DNA of 64,000 nt from an uncultured Chloroflexia bacterium (GCA_963734535.1 CAVTHS010000006.1:160001-224000), one strand, 5' to 3'; shown: positions 49,994 to 60,551, numbered from the stretch's first letter. The notes: a model not told the origin generated them from the letters alone. A program made the numbers and translations.

Positions 49994-50854
49994 TCAGCCG
50001 TCGACCACGGCGACGTCGCGACCGGCGGCGCGAGCGGCCTTTGCCTTCTCGGCCCAGGCGCCGAGGACCGAATCGCGGTGCGGCCGGATCGGGCAGTGCT
50101 CGTCCCGGTTGCCCATCTCGTCGCAGTAGCCGAGGGGGACGCACTTGGGGGCCAGGAAGCTTCCCAGGAAGGGGCTGACGGCGAACACCTCGTGGCGGAT
50201 GAGCTGGAAGAGGCGCCGGATTTCCCACTGCGCCATCGTGCACAGCCGGAGCCCCGACATGTGGATCAGCGCCCGCAGGTTCGCGGTCATGACCAGGTTC
50301 GTGCGTGTCGCGTTGGGGAAGACGAAGCGGGCGTCCTCGCCCGGGATCCCCGCGGCAAGCAGCTCGCCGTACAGGTCGAGCGCACCGTCGACCTGCGCCT
50401 CGTACCGGGCGCGAAGCGCCGGGTCCGCGTCCGCGAGCGTCCCCGGGAGCATCGTGGCCGCCCCGGCGTATTTCACGTACCGCTGGCTCTGCTGGTCGAA
50501 GGCGACCCCGGCCCGATGGCGGACCAGCTGGTGGGAGAGCGTGCGGCTGACCCCGCTGATTCCGAACGTGAAGACCACGTGCTCGATCGTGCTGCCGTGG
50601 CCCAATTCGACGACGCCGCTGATCAGCTTCTGCATCTTCGCCCGGTCGATCTCGCCGGATTCCGCGCGCCGGAAGATCTCGGCCGGCTCCAGCTCCGAGT
50701 AGCACGTCCGGCAGGCCGTGTAGATGAGCGGCACGTAGAAGCGCTCGACGATCTCGCGCGACGGGAACAGGAGCGTCGCCTTCATCCCGAGGTCGCGCCG
50801 CCCCGGGTTGGGCTGGATGCCGGGCTTCTCGTGGGTGGGTTGGGACTCGGCCAT
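49994..50854 (-). CDS. thyX: FAD-dependent thymidylate synthase
   Basis: GHGSTIEH, SRTLSHQLVRHRAGVAFDQQSQRY, EDARFVFPNAT, AQWEIR. Confidence 0.96.
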   Translation of the reverse strand: MAESQPTHEKPGIQPNPGRRDLGMKATLLFPSREIVERFYVPLIYTACRTCYSELEPAEIFRRAESGEIDRAKMQKLISGVVELGHGSTIEHVVFTFGISGVSRTLSHQLVRHRAGVAFDQQSQRYVKYAGAATMLPGTLADADPALRARYEAQVDGALDLYGELLAAGIPGEDARFVFPNATRTNLVMTANLRALIHMSGLRLCTMAQWEIRRLFQLIRHEVFAVSPFLGSFLAPKCVPLGYCDEMGNRDEHCPIRPHRDSVLGAWAEKAKAARAAGRDVAVVDG

Positions 50855-50926
50855 GCTCAGCGGAGGATAGCCGGTCGGCAGCGCGCCCGGCGGGCCGGCC
50901 GGCGGCTCCGCAGACCGCTCCGACGC

Positions 50927-52282
50927 TCAGGCGCCGGTGGGCGCGCGGGTCCCGACCGAGCCGCCCTCGGCGGCGTGGAACCAAGTCCAGATCAGGAACG
51001 TGCCCACCGTGTACAGGACGATGATCGTGGCGAAGTTGATCGCGTACCCGGCTGTGAATCCGAGGGTGGCCTGGAGCAGGCTGTACCAGGGTCCGGCGAT
51101 GACCCAGCCGAGCGACCAGGCGAGGCTGGCGGCGGCGGCGTAGGTGGCCCGCTCGCGCGCCGGGAGCCGTTCCATCGCGAACGCGTTGAAGATCGGGTTG
51201 CCCGCGTTCATCAGCGAGTTGCGGATCGCCATCGAGCCGATGACCGTCCACAGGATCGGGCTGAAGCCGAGCACGGCGAGGAACGGGATGCTGGCGGCCT
51301 GGACCAGCACGACCGAGCCGATCTTGCCGACCCGCCGCGCCAGGGCGGGCTGGAACAGGATCGCGAGGGTGGTCCCGAGGCTCGTGAGCGCAAAGACCGC
51401 GTTGAGCGACTCGAGGTCGAGCCCGAACTTCCCCTGCACGAACAGGTTGAGGTACGGGATCACCTGGCCGGCCCCGAGCGAGATCAGGAACCCCGGCAGG
51501 ATGAGGCGCATGAAGGTCGCGCGATCTGAGATCCGCGGAAGCCCGATCCGGACGGAGCTCCGGCGACGGGTCAGGTCTGGCCGCGCGGCCAGTGGCTCGC
51601 CGCTCCACGGGAGCCCGGGCCGTCCTTCGAGCGTCCGCCAATCGCGCCGTCGCCCCCGCGGCCGGTCATCGCGCACCGCCAGCAGGATCGTCGTGGCGAC
51701 GAGGGCGGCCGCGAGCATCAGGACGAGCAGCACGCGGTAGGCGGCCGGATCGCCGGTCGAAAAGCCGCCGAGGCTGGCCGCCAGCGCCGCGATCGCGCCC
51801 CCGGCGAGCGCCGCGACGACGTTGACCCCGGTCGAGATGGCGCCCTGGAGCGAGAACAGCTCGCTCCGGTGGTCCGCGTGGCTGTGCTCGGTCATGAACG
51901 GCGACTGGACCACGAAGAACGTCTGGTTCGCGGCTCCGATCAGAGCCGCGCAGGCGACGACAACGAGCGAGGACCCGACCAGGAGCAGACCGACGATACC
52001 GACCGCGGAGACGCCCGTCGCGAGGACCAGCACGAGCCGGCGACCGATCCGATCCGACAGCATGCTCGCCGGGAACGCCGCCACCGCCCCGGCGCCGGAC
52101 GACGCCATGCCCACGATCCCGATGAACGCGTTGTCGAAGCCCAACGCCTTGAGGTAGAGGTTGAAGTCGACCCACCAGAGGCTCAGGGTGACGCCGTAGA
52201 CGCACGTGGCCAGGAGGAAGATCCGGGCGTCGCGCTCGAAGCCCGTGAAGCTCCGCGCGTAGCGCCGCAGCGCCGCGGTCAC
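50927..52282 (-). CDS. MFS transporter
   Basis: 12 TMs; LSDRIGRR motif. Confidence 0.92.
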   Translation of the reverse strand: MTAALRRYARSFTGFERDARIFLLATCVYGVTLSLWWVDFNLYLKALGFDNAFIGIVGMASSGAGAVAAFPASMLSDRIGRRLVLVLATGVSAVGIVGLLLVGSSLVVVACAALIGAANQTFFVVQSPFMTEHSHADHRSELFSLQGAISTGVNVVAALAGGAIAALAASLGGFSTGDPAAYRVLLVLMLAAALVATTILLAVRDDRPRGRRRDWRTLEGRPGLPWSGEPLAARPDLTRRRSSVRIGLPRISDRATFMRLILPGFLISLGAGQVIPYLNLFVQGKFGLDLESLNAVFALTSLGTTLAILFQPALARRVGKIGSVVLVQAASIPFLAVLGFSPILWTVIGSMAIRNSLMNAGNPIFNAFAMERLPARERATYAAAASLAWSLGWVIAGPWYSLLQATLGFTAGYAINFATIIVLYTVGTFLIWTWFHAAEGGSVGTRAPTGA

Positions 52283-52442
52283 GCCCCCCCGACCGGTGGG
52301 ATCGCCGGACCGGCGCCCCTCGGCGGGGGCAGGTCAGTCGGCGCGGTCGGCGCAGCCATGAGCGTGATCCTCGATGACATTGGGGCGGGCGGCGGCGTCC
52401 ATCGTACCGGGTGGCACGGCCATCCGGCCGGCGCCCGGCGGG

Positions 52443-55220
52443 TTACCGGTCGGGCGGCTCCGTCCCGGCAGGGAAGGGATCGGCCTCGCCGAGCGCATAG
52501 GCGACAGCGAGGTCGAGCGGGAGGCCGCGACCCTCGAGCTCCAGCCGCTCCAGCTCGCCGGCATTCATCGCCACACGCGCGTTCGGTCGCGTGGCCTGCT
52601 CGAACAGCTCCTCGACCATGCGGGCAAGCTCCGTGCCGGTCGACTGCGTCAGCTGCCGGGCTGCCCCGCGCAGCCGCGCCGCGCGCTCGAGGTCGCCAGC
52701 CGTCACCGCCACGGCCGACAGGTCGTCGAGGACCATGGTGATCCCCGACAGGTCGCCGGCCTCGTGGAAATGGCCCAGGGAGTGCCGCATCATGTCGGCC
52801 GCGTGCTCGACGCGGCCCAGCTTGAGGACCGTGGAGCCCAGCATGTGGAGCGCCCAGGCCTCCATGGTGCGGTTCCCCACCGCCCGGAAGTGCTCGAGGG
52901 ATCGGACGTACCAGCCCTCCGCCTCCACCTCGTCCGAGGCGAAGTAGTAGAGGCCGCCGATCCCCCACAGCACGTTGCCCTGCCCGAGTCGATCGCCGAT
53001 CGCCTCGTAGTTCTGGAGCGCCTCGTCGAGGTTGGCGCGGGCGCGCTTCCAGGACTCGGCCTCCGCGCTGCCTGCCATCAGGTTCGAGACCTCGCCCGAG
53101 CCCAGGTTGTAGAGCGCGTTGGCGATCTCGCTCCGGTCGCCGATCGTGCGCCAGATCTCCAGGGCGGCCTCGTACCAGGCTCGCGAGGCGGCGGCGTCGG
53201 CCTGCCAGTACGCGACACCCCCCAGCGCCTCCAGCAGGCGGGCATGCGCCTGGGGAGCCAGGTCCCAGCGGTGATCCTCGAGCGCGCTGAGCCGGCGACG
53301 TCCCTCGCGGAGATAGCCGCGCTGCTGCCAGAAGCGCCAGAGCGCGAAGCCGAGCCGAACGGCCGCCTCGGGATCAGGAATCGCCTCGGCGCGGTCGAGG
53401 GCGGCCCGGAAGTTGTCCGCGTCAGCGTCCAGCCGGTCCAGCCACGCGCGCTGCTCGGGCCCGGAGAGCCCGGCGGCTGCCCGCTCGGCCAGCTCCAGGT
53501 AGGCGGCGAGATGGCGATCACGGATCGCCCGCCCCTCGCCGGACGCATCGAGACGCTCTGCCCCGTAGGTCCGGATGGTGTCGAGCAGCGAGAAGCGCGC
53601 GGTCCCGGCGACGTCGTCGCTGCGGACGAGCGACTGGTCGACGAGCGCGCCGAGCACGTCGACGAGGTCGCCGCCGAGCGCGCCGTCCGCATCGCAGATC
53701 TGCTCGATGAGGGGCAGGTCCCCGCCGCCGACGAAGACCGAGAGCCGGGCCAGGAGGAGCCGGCCGGCATCGTCGAGCAGGTCGTAGCTCCAGGCGATCG
53801 CGCCGCGGAGCGTCCGCTGTCGCTCGGGCAGGTCGCGCGACGCCGAGGCGAGGAGCTCAAGGCGGTGCTCCAGGCGCTCGAGGATGGCGTCCGGGGCCAG
53901 GACCTTGACGCGCGCGGCGGCGAGCTCGATCGCGAGCGGCAGGCCCTGCAGCGTGGCGCAGATCCCGGCGACGGCCGGCGCATTCGCACTGGTGACCCGG
54001 AATTCCGGGCGGACGGCGAGGGCGCGCGCCACGAAGAGCCGGACCGCCTCGTACTGGCCGAGCGTCGCGGGGTCGCCGGCGCGGATCTCGGCAGGCAGGC
54101 GGGCCGCCTCGAGCGTCGAGAGGCGGCGCGGATCGGGGGGCGCCGGCAGCCCCGGGACGGCGTATTCCTGCTCCCCGGAGACGTGCAGCGCGCCCCGGCT
54201 CGTGGTCACGATCGTGAGGGCCGGGCATGTCCGCAGGAGCTGCGCGACGAGCGGGGCCGCCGCGATGACCTGCTCGAAGTTGTCGAGCACGAGCAGGCAG
54301 GCGCGCGGAGCGAGGTGCTCTACCAGCAGGTCGAGGGTGGGGCGGACGCCGCTGTCGGTCAGCCCGACGGCGCGGGCGACCGTGCCCGCCACCAGCCCGG
54401 CCTCCCGAAGCGGCTCGAGCGGCACGAACCAGACCCCGTCCGGGTAGCGGTCCGCGGCCGCGGCCGCGACCTGGAGCGCCAGGCGCGTCTTGCCGATGCC
54501 GCCGGGGCCAGTGAGGGTCAGGAGCCGCGACGCGTCGAGCAGCAGGAGCGTGGCCGCGAGGTCGCGGTCGCGACCCACGAACGACGTCAGCTGGGTCGGC
54601 AGGTTGTTGGGTCGCCGGTCGAGCGAACGGATCGGTGGGAAGTCGGCCGGGAGGCCCACGGCGACGAGCTGCGCGAGGCGCTCCGGCCGGAGGTCCTTGA
54701 GGCGGTGCTCCCCGAGGTCGCGGATCGACACGTCCGGGGGGAGCATCCCGCCGATGAGCGAGCGAGTCGTCTCCGAGACCAGGACCTGGCCGCCGTGGCC
54801 TGCCGCGGCGATGCGCGCGGCCCGGTGGACCTCGAGCGACGTGTAGCCGCCGTCTGACGTGGGTGTCGCCTCGCCGGTGTGGAGTCCCATCCGGACCCGG
54901 ATCTGCGAACCCTCGGGCCAGGGATGTGCGGCAAGGGCTCGCTGCGCCGCGACGCAGGCGGCCGCGGCCGCGCTCGCGCTGGCAAACGCGACGAAGAACG
55001 CGTCGCCCTCCGTCTGCACCTCGACGCCGCCCGCCGCCTCGAAGGCGGCCCGAAGGATGGCGCGGTGCGCCTCCAGGAGGGGCTCGTACGCGCTCCCCAG
55101 GCGCGTGATCAGCGCGGTCGAGCCCTCGATGTCGGTGAAGAGGAAGGTGACCGTCCCGGCGGGGAGCGGCCGCCGGGTGCCGGCGAGCGCGGGCGGTTCC
55201 ACGGGGGCGGGCGGTTCCAC
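52443..55220 (-). CDS. Adenylate/guanylate cyclase + STAND NTPase + TPR protein
   Basis: TFLFTDIEGST, TEGDAFF, RMGLHTGE, LTGPGGIGKTRL, LDNFEQ, GLPLAIELAA, TPRs; GTG 55220 follows a CAGCAT -10 (ORF extends to 55301). Confidence 0.93.
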   Translation of the reverse strand: MEPPAPVEPPALAGTRRPLPAGTVTFLFTDIEGSTALITRLGSAYEPLLEAHRAILRAAFEAAGGVEVQTEGDAFFVAFASASAAAAACVAAQRALAAHPWPEGSQIRVRMGLHTGEATPTSDGGYTSLEVHRAARIAAAGHGGQVLVSETTRSLIGGMLPPDVSIRDLGEHRLKDLRPERLAQLVAVGLPADFPPIRSLDRRPNNLPTQLTSFVGRDRDLAATLLLLDASRLLTLTGPGGIGKTRLALQVAAAAADRYPDGVWFVPLEPLREAGLVAGTVARAVGLTDSGVRPTLDLLVEHLAPRACLLVLDNFEQVIAAAPLVAQLLRTCPALTIVTTSRGALHVSGEQEYAVPGLPAPPDPRRLSTLEAARLPAEIRAGDPATLGQYEAVRLFVARALAVRPEFRVTSANAPAVAGICATLQGLPLAIELAAARVKVLAPDAILERLEHRLELLASASRDLPERQRTLRGAIAWSYDLLDDAGRLLLARLSVFVGGGDLPLIEQICDADGALGGDLVDVLGALVDQSLVRSDDVAGTARFSLLDTIRTYGAERLDASGEGRAIRDRHLAAYLELAERAAAGLSGPEQRAWLDRLDADADNFRAALDRAEAIPDPEAAVRLGFALWRFWQQRGYLREGRRRLSALEDHRWDLAPQAHARLLEALGGVAYWQADAAASRAWYEAALEIWRTIGDRSEIANALYNLGSGEVSNLMAGSAEAESWKRARANLDEALQNYEAIGDRLGQGNVLWGIGGLYYFASDEVEAEGWYVRSLEHFRAVGNRTMEAWALHMLGSTVLKLGRVEHAADMMRHSLGHFHEAGDLSGITMVLDDLSAVAVTAGDLERAARLRGAARQLTQSTGTELARMVEELFEQATRPNARVAMNAGELERLELEGRGLPLDLAVAYALGEADPFPAGTEPPDR

Positions 55221-55330
55221 GGGCGCGATGCTGCGCCAGCGCGGCACGGCCGTCAACGCCACGTCGCGTCCGGGTTGGACGGCGCCCGCCGCGCGGCACA
55301 CGGGCAGCGCGGCAGCCGACAGCGCGCCTG

Positions 55331-55366
55331 TCAGCCGTTGACGGCTAACCGGCGTTCTCGTAGCCT
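55331..55366 (+). promoter_or_regulatory. Leaderless sigma-70 promoter with an overlapping palindromic operator
   Basis: TTGACG (55338), 17 nt, TAGCCT (55361), 6 nt, GTG; AGCCGT-TG-ACGGCT palindrome over the -35. Confidence 0.65.
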
Positions 55367-55372
55367 CACGTC

Positions 55373-55928
55373 GTGGACGTACTCCGCCTCGCGGCCCTCG
55401 CCGAGCCGGTCACGACGACGGGGCCTTCGCCGGTCACGACGACGGCGCGGACCGGGACGCTCCACGACGTGCTCGACCGGGTCATCGGCTCCCGGCTTGA
55501 TCGGGCCGGCGCCCCTGTCCGCTGGGGGATCGGTGCCGGTCTTGACGGTCGCGTCGGCCCAGGGGCGCGCCGCGCTCGCCATCCGGAGCGCGCGTGATCG
55601 AGGAGGCTGGCTCGGGTTCGCGACCGGCGACCCGTGGCGGGACGCGCTCCTGGCGGACCTCGTCGTCGTGCTGGCCGCGCTCCTCGACGACCTGACGCCG
55701 CGCCAGGCCGAGATCGCCGGCCGGGTCCTGGTTGACGGGGCACGCCAGGCGGAGGTCGCCGCCGCGCTCGGCGTGAGCCGCGCGACGGTCTCGGTCGCGG
55801 TCGCGCGCGGTCGCCTGCCCGCCATTGCGAGTGCCCGAAGGGCGATCGAGTCGCTCCTGCGTCGGCCCGCCACCAGTGGCGCACGGCCGCGGCGAGGGCG
55901 GCTGCCCCGTCCGCACCGCCGCGATGAT
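55373..55928 (+). CDS. SatD-like DNA-binding protein with C-terminal HTH (frameshifted; may be degenerate)
   Basis: PVRWGIGAG, then in another frame LTPRQAEIA...RQAEVAAALGVSRATVS; end approximate. Confidence 0.55.
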
Positions 55929-56667
55929 CGGGGCGCTCCTCGCCGGGCTCGCGGCCGGGTACGGCATCGCGATCCCCGTCGGCGCGGTGTCCGTCCTCAT
56001 CGTGGAGACGGGGTTCCGGTCGGGCTTCCGGTCCGCCGCGGCTGCCGGGGCCGGCGCCGCGACGGCCGACGCGGTCTACGCCACGATCGCGGCGGTCTTC
56101 GGCACCGCGCTCGCGGCGGCGCTCATCCCCTGGCAGGCGCCGCTCCGGGTGGCCGCGGTCGTCGTCCTCGTGGGTCTCGCGCTGCGCGGTTTCCGGTCCG
56201 TGGCGCGTGACGCCGAGCGAGCGAGCGATGGCGGGTCGGGATCCGCGCCGTCGCCCGGTCCGGGTTCCGCACCATCGTCCCGCGGCTCGCCCGGTCCGGC
56301 GGCTGCACTTCCGCCTGCTGGCCCGCCCGCCGGCCCGATCGGCCCGGGGGCCGGGAGCCTCGAGCCGCGATCGGCGCGCCGGACCTATGCGGCCTTCCTG
56401 GGGCTCACGTTGCTCAACCCGATGACGATCACCTACTTCGCCGCGCTCATCGTCGGCCTCGGCGGGACCGGGACTGCGCCGATCGAGAAGCTCGCCTTCG
56501 TCGTCGCGGCGTTCGGCGCCTCGCTCTCCTGGCAGACGCTGATCGCCGCCGCCGGGGCTGCGCTGCATCGCCGGCTGGGGCCGCGCCTGCGCCTCTCGGT
56601 CGGCGTCACCGGCAATGCCATCGTCCTGGCCTTCGCGGTCGTCATCGCCGCCGGCCTCGCGAGGTAG
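55924..56667 (+). CDS. LysE family translocator
   Basis: GYGIAIPVGAVSVL...GAATADAVYA...LTLLNPMTITYF. Confidence 0.9.
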   Translation: MIGALLAGLAAGYGIAIPVGAVSVLIVETGFRSGFRSAAAAGAGAATADAVYATIAAVFGTALAAALIPWQAPLRVAAVVVLVGLALRGFRSVARDAERASDGGSGSAPSPGPGSAPSSRGSPGPAAALPPAGPPAGPIGPGAGSLEPRSARRTYAAFLGLTLLNPMTITYFAALIVGLGGTGTAPIEKLAFVVAAFGASLSWQTLIAAAGAALHRRLGPRLRLSVGVTGNAIVLAFAVVIAAGLAR

Positions 56668-56689
56668 CGCGCCGCGACGGCCGACCGTG

Positions 56690-58177
56690 TCAGGAGCCGG
56701 GAGGGACCCGGCCCGGCAGCGCCACCGCGAAGCAGGTGCGGCCGGGCTCGGACACCACGTCGATCCGGCCGGCGTGCCGGTCGACGATGGAGCGGACGAT
56801 GTGGAGCCCCAGGCCGCTCCCGGCCCCGACGTCCTTCGTGGTGAAGAACGGCTCGAAGATCCGGGCGCGGACGTCGTCGGGGATGCCCGGCCCGGAGTCG
56901 CAGAGCTCGACCCGGACGCCCGGCACGATCGTTGGCTCGGCCCCGGCCATCGGTTCGCCCGGACCCGCTGCCGTGGGTGCGGGCTTGACATCCGCCGGTG
57001 GATCGCGCCGGACCGCGATCTCGAGAACGCCCCGCCCCTCCATCGCATCCGCGGCGTTGACGATCAGGTTCGTCCAGACCTGGTTGAGCTCGCTGCCAAA
57101 GGCCTCGATGCGCGGCCGATCCGACGGGTAGGAACGGCGAACCTCGATGCCAGCCTTGAGGCGCGGCCGCAGCATCACGAGCGTGCTCTCGATCCCGGCG
57201 ATCACGTCAACGTCGCCGACGGGCGCACGGTCGAGGTAGCTGTACTCGCGGACGGAGGCGACGATCTCGCCGATCCGGTCGCCGGCGGCCTCGATCTCGC
57301 CGAGGAGCTGGCGCCCGAGGGCCCCCGCCGCAAGCCAGGCGAGCACGACGTGGCGCGCCTCGTCGCTCGCAAACGGCGCGAGCAGGTCATCGAGCTGGTT
57401 TCCGTCCCAGCCGAAGGCGACGAGCGTCGCGGCCGGCTCGTCCGGTCGGGCGATGCCGAGCCGGTCGAGCAGCGCGACCATCGCGTCCTCGCGGTCGGCG
57501 GCGTCGATCGCGTCGAGGATCGGGGGCGCCGCTGCCCGCCGGTCGAGCTCGTCGCGCAGCGCGGCGGCCACCTCGCGGGCGACGCCGCCCGGGTCCAGGT
57601 CGTCGGGACCGAGCGCCCCGAGGCCGACCGCAGCCCGGTCCCAGTCCCGGACGAGCGCCGCCAGCCGGGACGCCGTGCTCCGGATCGCCGCCGCGGGGTT
57701 GTTCAGCTCGTGGGCGAGGCCGGCGGCCAGCGTTCCGAGCCCCGCGAGCTTCTCCTGTTCGCGGAGCAGGGATTCCGTGGATCGGAGGCGCCCCGCCGTC
57801 GTCCGCAGGAGCGACAGCGCCAGCTCGGGCTGGCGGCCCAGCACGTCGAGCAGCGCGTCACGCCGGAGGCAGAGGAGCGTCGCGGGGCCGACGGCGCGGA
57901 CGGTCGCCGTGCGAGGCCTGCCCTCGAGGACCGCCAGCTCGCCCTGGACCTCGCCGGGGCCCACGACCGCCAGCGGGACGTCCACCTTGCCGGACCGTTT
58001 CGTGACGGCGAGCTCCCCGGCGAGGACGACGAAGAGCGAATCCCCCGTGTCGCCCTCGCGGATGATCACGGCGCCCGGCGCGAGCTCCACGGTCTCCGCC
58101 ACGGCGGCCAGCCGTCCGAGCTCGGCGTCGTCGAGACCGGCGAGGAGCGGGATGCGGCGAAGCGGCGCGAGGTCCAC
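56690..58177 (-). CDS. Cyclic-nucleotide-binding domain histidine kinase
   Basis: cNMP (GELAVLEGRPRTATV), H-box AHELNNP, N-box NLIVNAADA, DSGPGI, FEPFFTTK, GLGL. Confidence 0.94.
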   Translation of the reverse strand: MDLAPLRRIPLLAGLDDAELGRLAAVAETVELAPGAVIIREGDTGDSLFVVLAGELAVTKRSGKVDVPLAVVGPGEVQGELAVLEGRPRTATVRAVGPATLLCLRRDALLDVLGRQPELALSLLRTTAGRLRSTESLLREQEKLAGLGTLAAGLAHELNNPAAAIRSTASRLAALVRDWDRAAVGLGALGPDDLDPGGVAREVAAALRDELDRRAAAPPILDAIDAADREDAMVALLDRLGIARPDEPAATLVAFGWDGNQLDDLLAPFASDEARHVVLAWLAAGALGRQLLGEIEAAGDRIGEIVASVREYSYLDRAPVGDVDVIAGIESTLVMLRPRLKAGIEVRRSYPSDRPRIEAFGSELNQVWTNLIVNAADAMEGRGVLEIAVRRDPPADVKPAPTAAGPGEPMAGAEPTIVPGVRVELCDSGPGIPDDVRARIFEPFFTTKDVGAGSGLGLHIVRSIVDRHAGRIDVVSEPGRTCFAVALPGRVPPGS

Positions 58178-58184
58178 CGGCGTG

Positions 58185-59840
58185 TCAGATGCCCGACAGG
58201 TGCTGGTGGACGAACTGGACCGCCATCGCGCCCTCGCCGACCCCCGACGCGATCCGCTTGACGGAGCGCGCCCGGACGTCGCCGGCAGCGAAGATCCCGG
58301 GCACGTTCGTCTCGAGCAGGAGGGGCTCCCGCGCGAGTGGCCAGCCAGCCACGCGGCCGTCGACCCGCGTGAGCGCGGGGCCGGTCACGATGAAGCCGGC
58401 GCCGTCCCGCTCGACGAGACCGCCGAGCCATTCTGTGCGTGGCAGCGCACCGACGAAGAGGAAGAGCCCCTGCATCGGCACCTCGACCGAGCCGGCCGGG
58501 TCGGTGATCGTGACCGCCTCCAGCTCGTCGGTCCCCCGCACGGCCGACACGTTCGCGCCGAGCCGGACCTCGATCCCGGGGAGCGCGGCGATCTGGTCTA
58601 CCAGGTACTGGCTCATGCCCGCCTCCAGCCGCCCCCCGCGCACCACCAGGGTCACGTGGCGGGCGAAGCCGGCCAGGTGGACGGCGGCCTGGCCGGCCGA
58701 GTTGCCGCCGCCCACCACCGCCACGTCGCGATCTCGGAAGGCGAGCGCCTCGGTGATCGCGGCACCGTAGAAGACGCCCAGGCCGATGAGCGCGTCGACG
58801 CCGGGCGCCTCCAGCCTGCGGTACTGGACGCCCATCGCGAGGATCAGGGCCTGGCAGCTGAGCTCGGTCCCATCGCCGAGGGTTACGATCGAGTACGGGT
58901 CCTCGCGCCGGATGCCGCGAACCTCCTGCGGGGTCAGGATCTCGGCCCCGAGCCGGGTGGCCTGGGTCACTGCGCGGCGCGCGAGGTCCGACCCCGACAG
59001 GCCGGCGGGAAAGCCGAGGTAGTTCTCGATCCGCGAGGTCGTGCCCGCCTGTCCGCCCGGCGCCTCGCCCTCGACGAGGAGCGTCCGGAGCCCCTCGGAG
59101 GCGCCGTAGACGGCGGCCGCGAGCCCGGCCGGGCCGCCGCCGATGATGACGAGGTCGTACGACGGCAGGGCCGCGCGGGTCCGCAGGCCGACCTTCCCGG
59201 CGATCTCCACGTTGGACGGGGCACGCAGGTGGCTGCCGTCCGCGAAGACCAGGAGCGGATCGCGACCCGGGTCGATGCCCGCGCTCGCGACCAGGCGGGC
59301 CGCTTCCGGGTCGGACTCGACATCGACCCAGCGGTACGGGACCTGGTTGCGGGCGAGGTAGTCCTTGATCTCATGGGCGCGCGCGGACCAGCGATGGCCG
59401 ACGAGGCGGACGCCGTCGAACGGCGGAATCCAGCCGGCGCGCCAGTCGTCGAGGAGCTCGGCGAGGGCAGGCAGCAGCCGCTCCTCGGGCGGATCCCATG
59501 GCTTGAGGAGGTAGTGGTCGAGTCCGATCTCGTTGATGGCCCGGATCGCGACGTCGGTATCGGCATAGGCCGTCAGGAGCACGCGCTTCGTGCCTGGAAG
59601 GAGGGTGAGGGTCGAACCCAGCAGCTCGACACCCGTCATCCCGGGCATCCGCTGGTCCACGACGAGCAGGGCGATCGGCGTTCCGCGCAGGATCAGGCGG
59701 CGGATCGCGTCGAGCGCGTCGGCGCCCGAGCCGGCCGCGACCACGCGGTACTCGCTGCCGAACCTGCCCCGCAGCTCGCGCTCCACGGCGCGCAGGACCT
59801 GCGGGTCGTCGTCGACGACCAGGATCACCGGGTTCGCCAT
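58185..59840 (-). CDS. Response regulator receiver fused to a thioredoxin-reductase-like FAD oxidoreductase
   Basis: VVDDD, DQRMPG, KPW; GGGPAG, GGGNSAGQ, FAAGDVR; the CxxC position reads YGAA. Confidence 0.93.
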   Translation of the reverse strand: MANPVILVVDDDPQVLRAVERELRGRFGSEYRVVAAGSGADALDAIRRLILRGTPIALLVVDQRMPGMTGVELLGSTLTLLPGTKRVLLTAYADTDVAIRAINEIGLDHYLLKPWDPPEERLLPALAELLDDWRAGWIPPFDGVRLVGHRWSARAHEIKDYLARNQVPYRWVDVESDPEAARLVASAGIDPGRDPLLVFADGSHLRAPSNVEIAGKVGLRTRAALPSYDLVIIGGGPAGLAAAVYGASEGLRTLLVEGEAPGGQAGTTSRIENYLGFPAGLSGSDLARRAVTQATRLGAEILTPQEVRGIRREDPYSIVTLGDGTELSCQALILAMGVQYRRLEAPGVDALIGLGVFYGAAITEALAFRDRDVAVVGGGNSAGQAAVHLAGFARHVTLVVRGGRLEAGMSQYLVDQIAALPGIEVRLGANVSAVRGTDELEAVTITDPAGSVEVPMQGLFLFVGALPRTEWLGGLVERDGAGFIVTGPALTRVDGRVAGWPLAREPLLLETNVPGIFAAGDVRARSVKRIASGVGEGAMAVQFVHQHLSGI

Positions 59841-59975
59841 CGCCGGGACTGCCTCCGTCGCGCCGTCCGAGCGCAGTCCGGCCGTGCCCGGCGCGTCCTC
59901 GGCGAATCGTGCCTGCATGCTAGTCGAGACCGGTGTCCCCGGCGAGTGCGGATCCCGTGGCCCGGTCCGACCCGT

Positions 59976-60551
59976 TCAGGCCTCCGGCTCGTCCCGGAGC
60001 CGGGCGAACATGACGGCGTCCACCAGCTCACCGCGGAACGGCAGGTACCGCCGCAGGACCCCTTCCCGGGTGAACCCGGCGCGGAGCGCGACCCTGCCGG
60101 ACGCCTCGTTGCCGACGAGCGTGAGGAGCTCCATCCGCACGAGGGTCGGCTCGATTCCGAACGCCCAGCGGACCGCGAGCAACACGGCCCTGGTCGCGGC
60201 ACCCCGCCCGCGGGCCCCGGGCGCCAGCCAGTAGCCGATCGCCGCCTTGCCCGGCTCGTCCAGCCGCCGGTGGAATGCCAGCGTTCCCAGGAGCGCCCCA
60301 TCGGCTGCACCGGCGATCACGAAGGTCGGCTCACGCCCGCCCGCCCAGCCCTCGGCAGTGAACGCCACGAATGCGCGGGCGTCCTCGAGGCGATACGGGA
60401 CCGGCACGGGAATCCAGCGCGCGATCTCCGGGTCACTGCACGCCGCGGCGATCGCAGGCGCGTCGGCTTCGCGCGGAAGGCGCAGGACCAGCGTGCCGTC
60501 CGCGAGCGGGCGATCGGGAACGGGGAATGGGCGGAACAACCGGCTGGCCAT
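59976..60551 (-). CDS. GNAT N-acetyltransferase (RimJ/RimL-like)
   Basis: IGYWLAPGARGRGAAT...GNEASGRVALRAGFTREG. Confidence 0.92.
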   Translation of the reverse strand: MASRLFRPFPVPDRPLADGTLVLRLPREADAPAIAAACSDPEIARWIPVPVPYRLEDARAFVAFTAEGWAGGREPTFVIAGAADGALLGTLAFHRRLDEPGKAAIGYWLAPGARGRGAATRAVLLAVRWAFGIEPTLVRMELLTLVGNEASGRVALRAGFTREGVLRRYLPFRGELVDAVMFARLRDEPEA

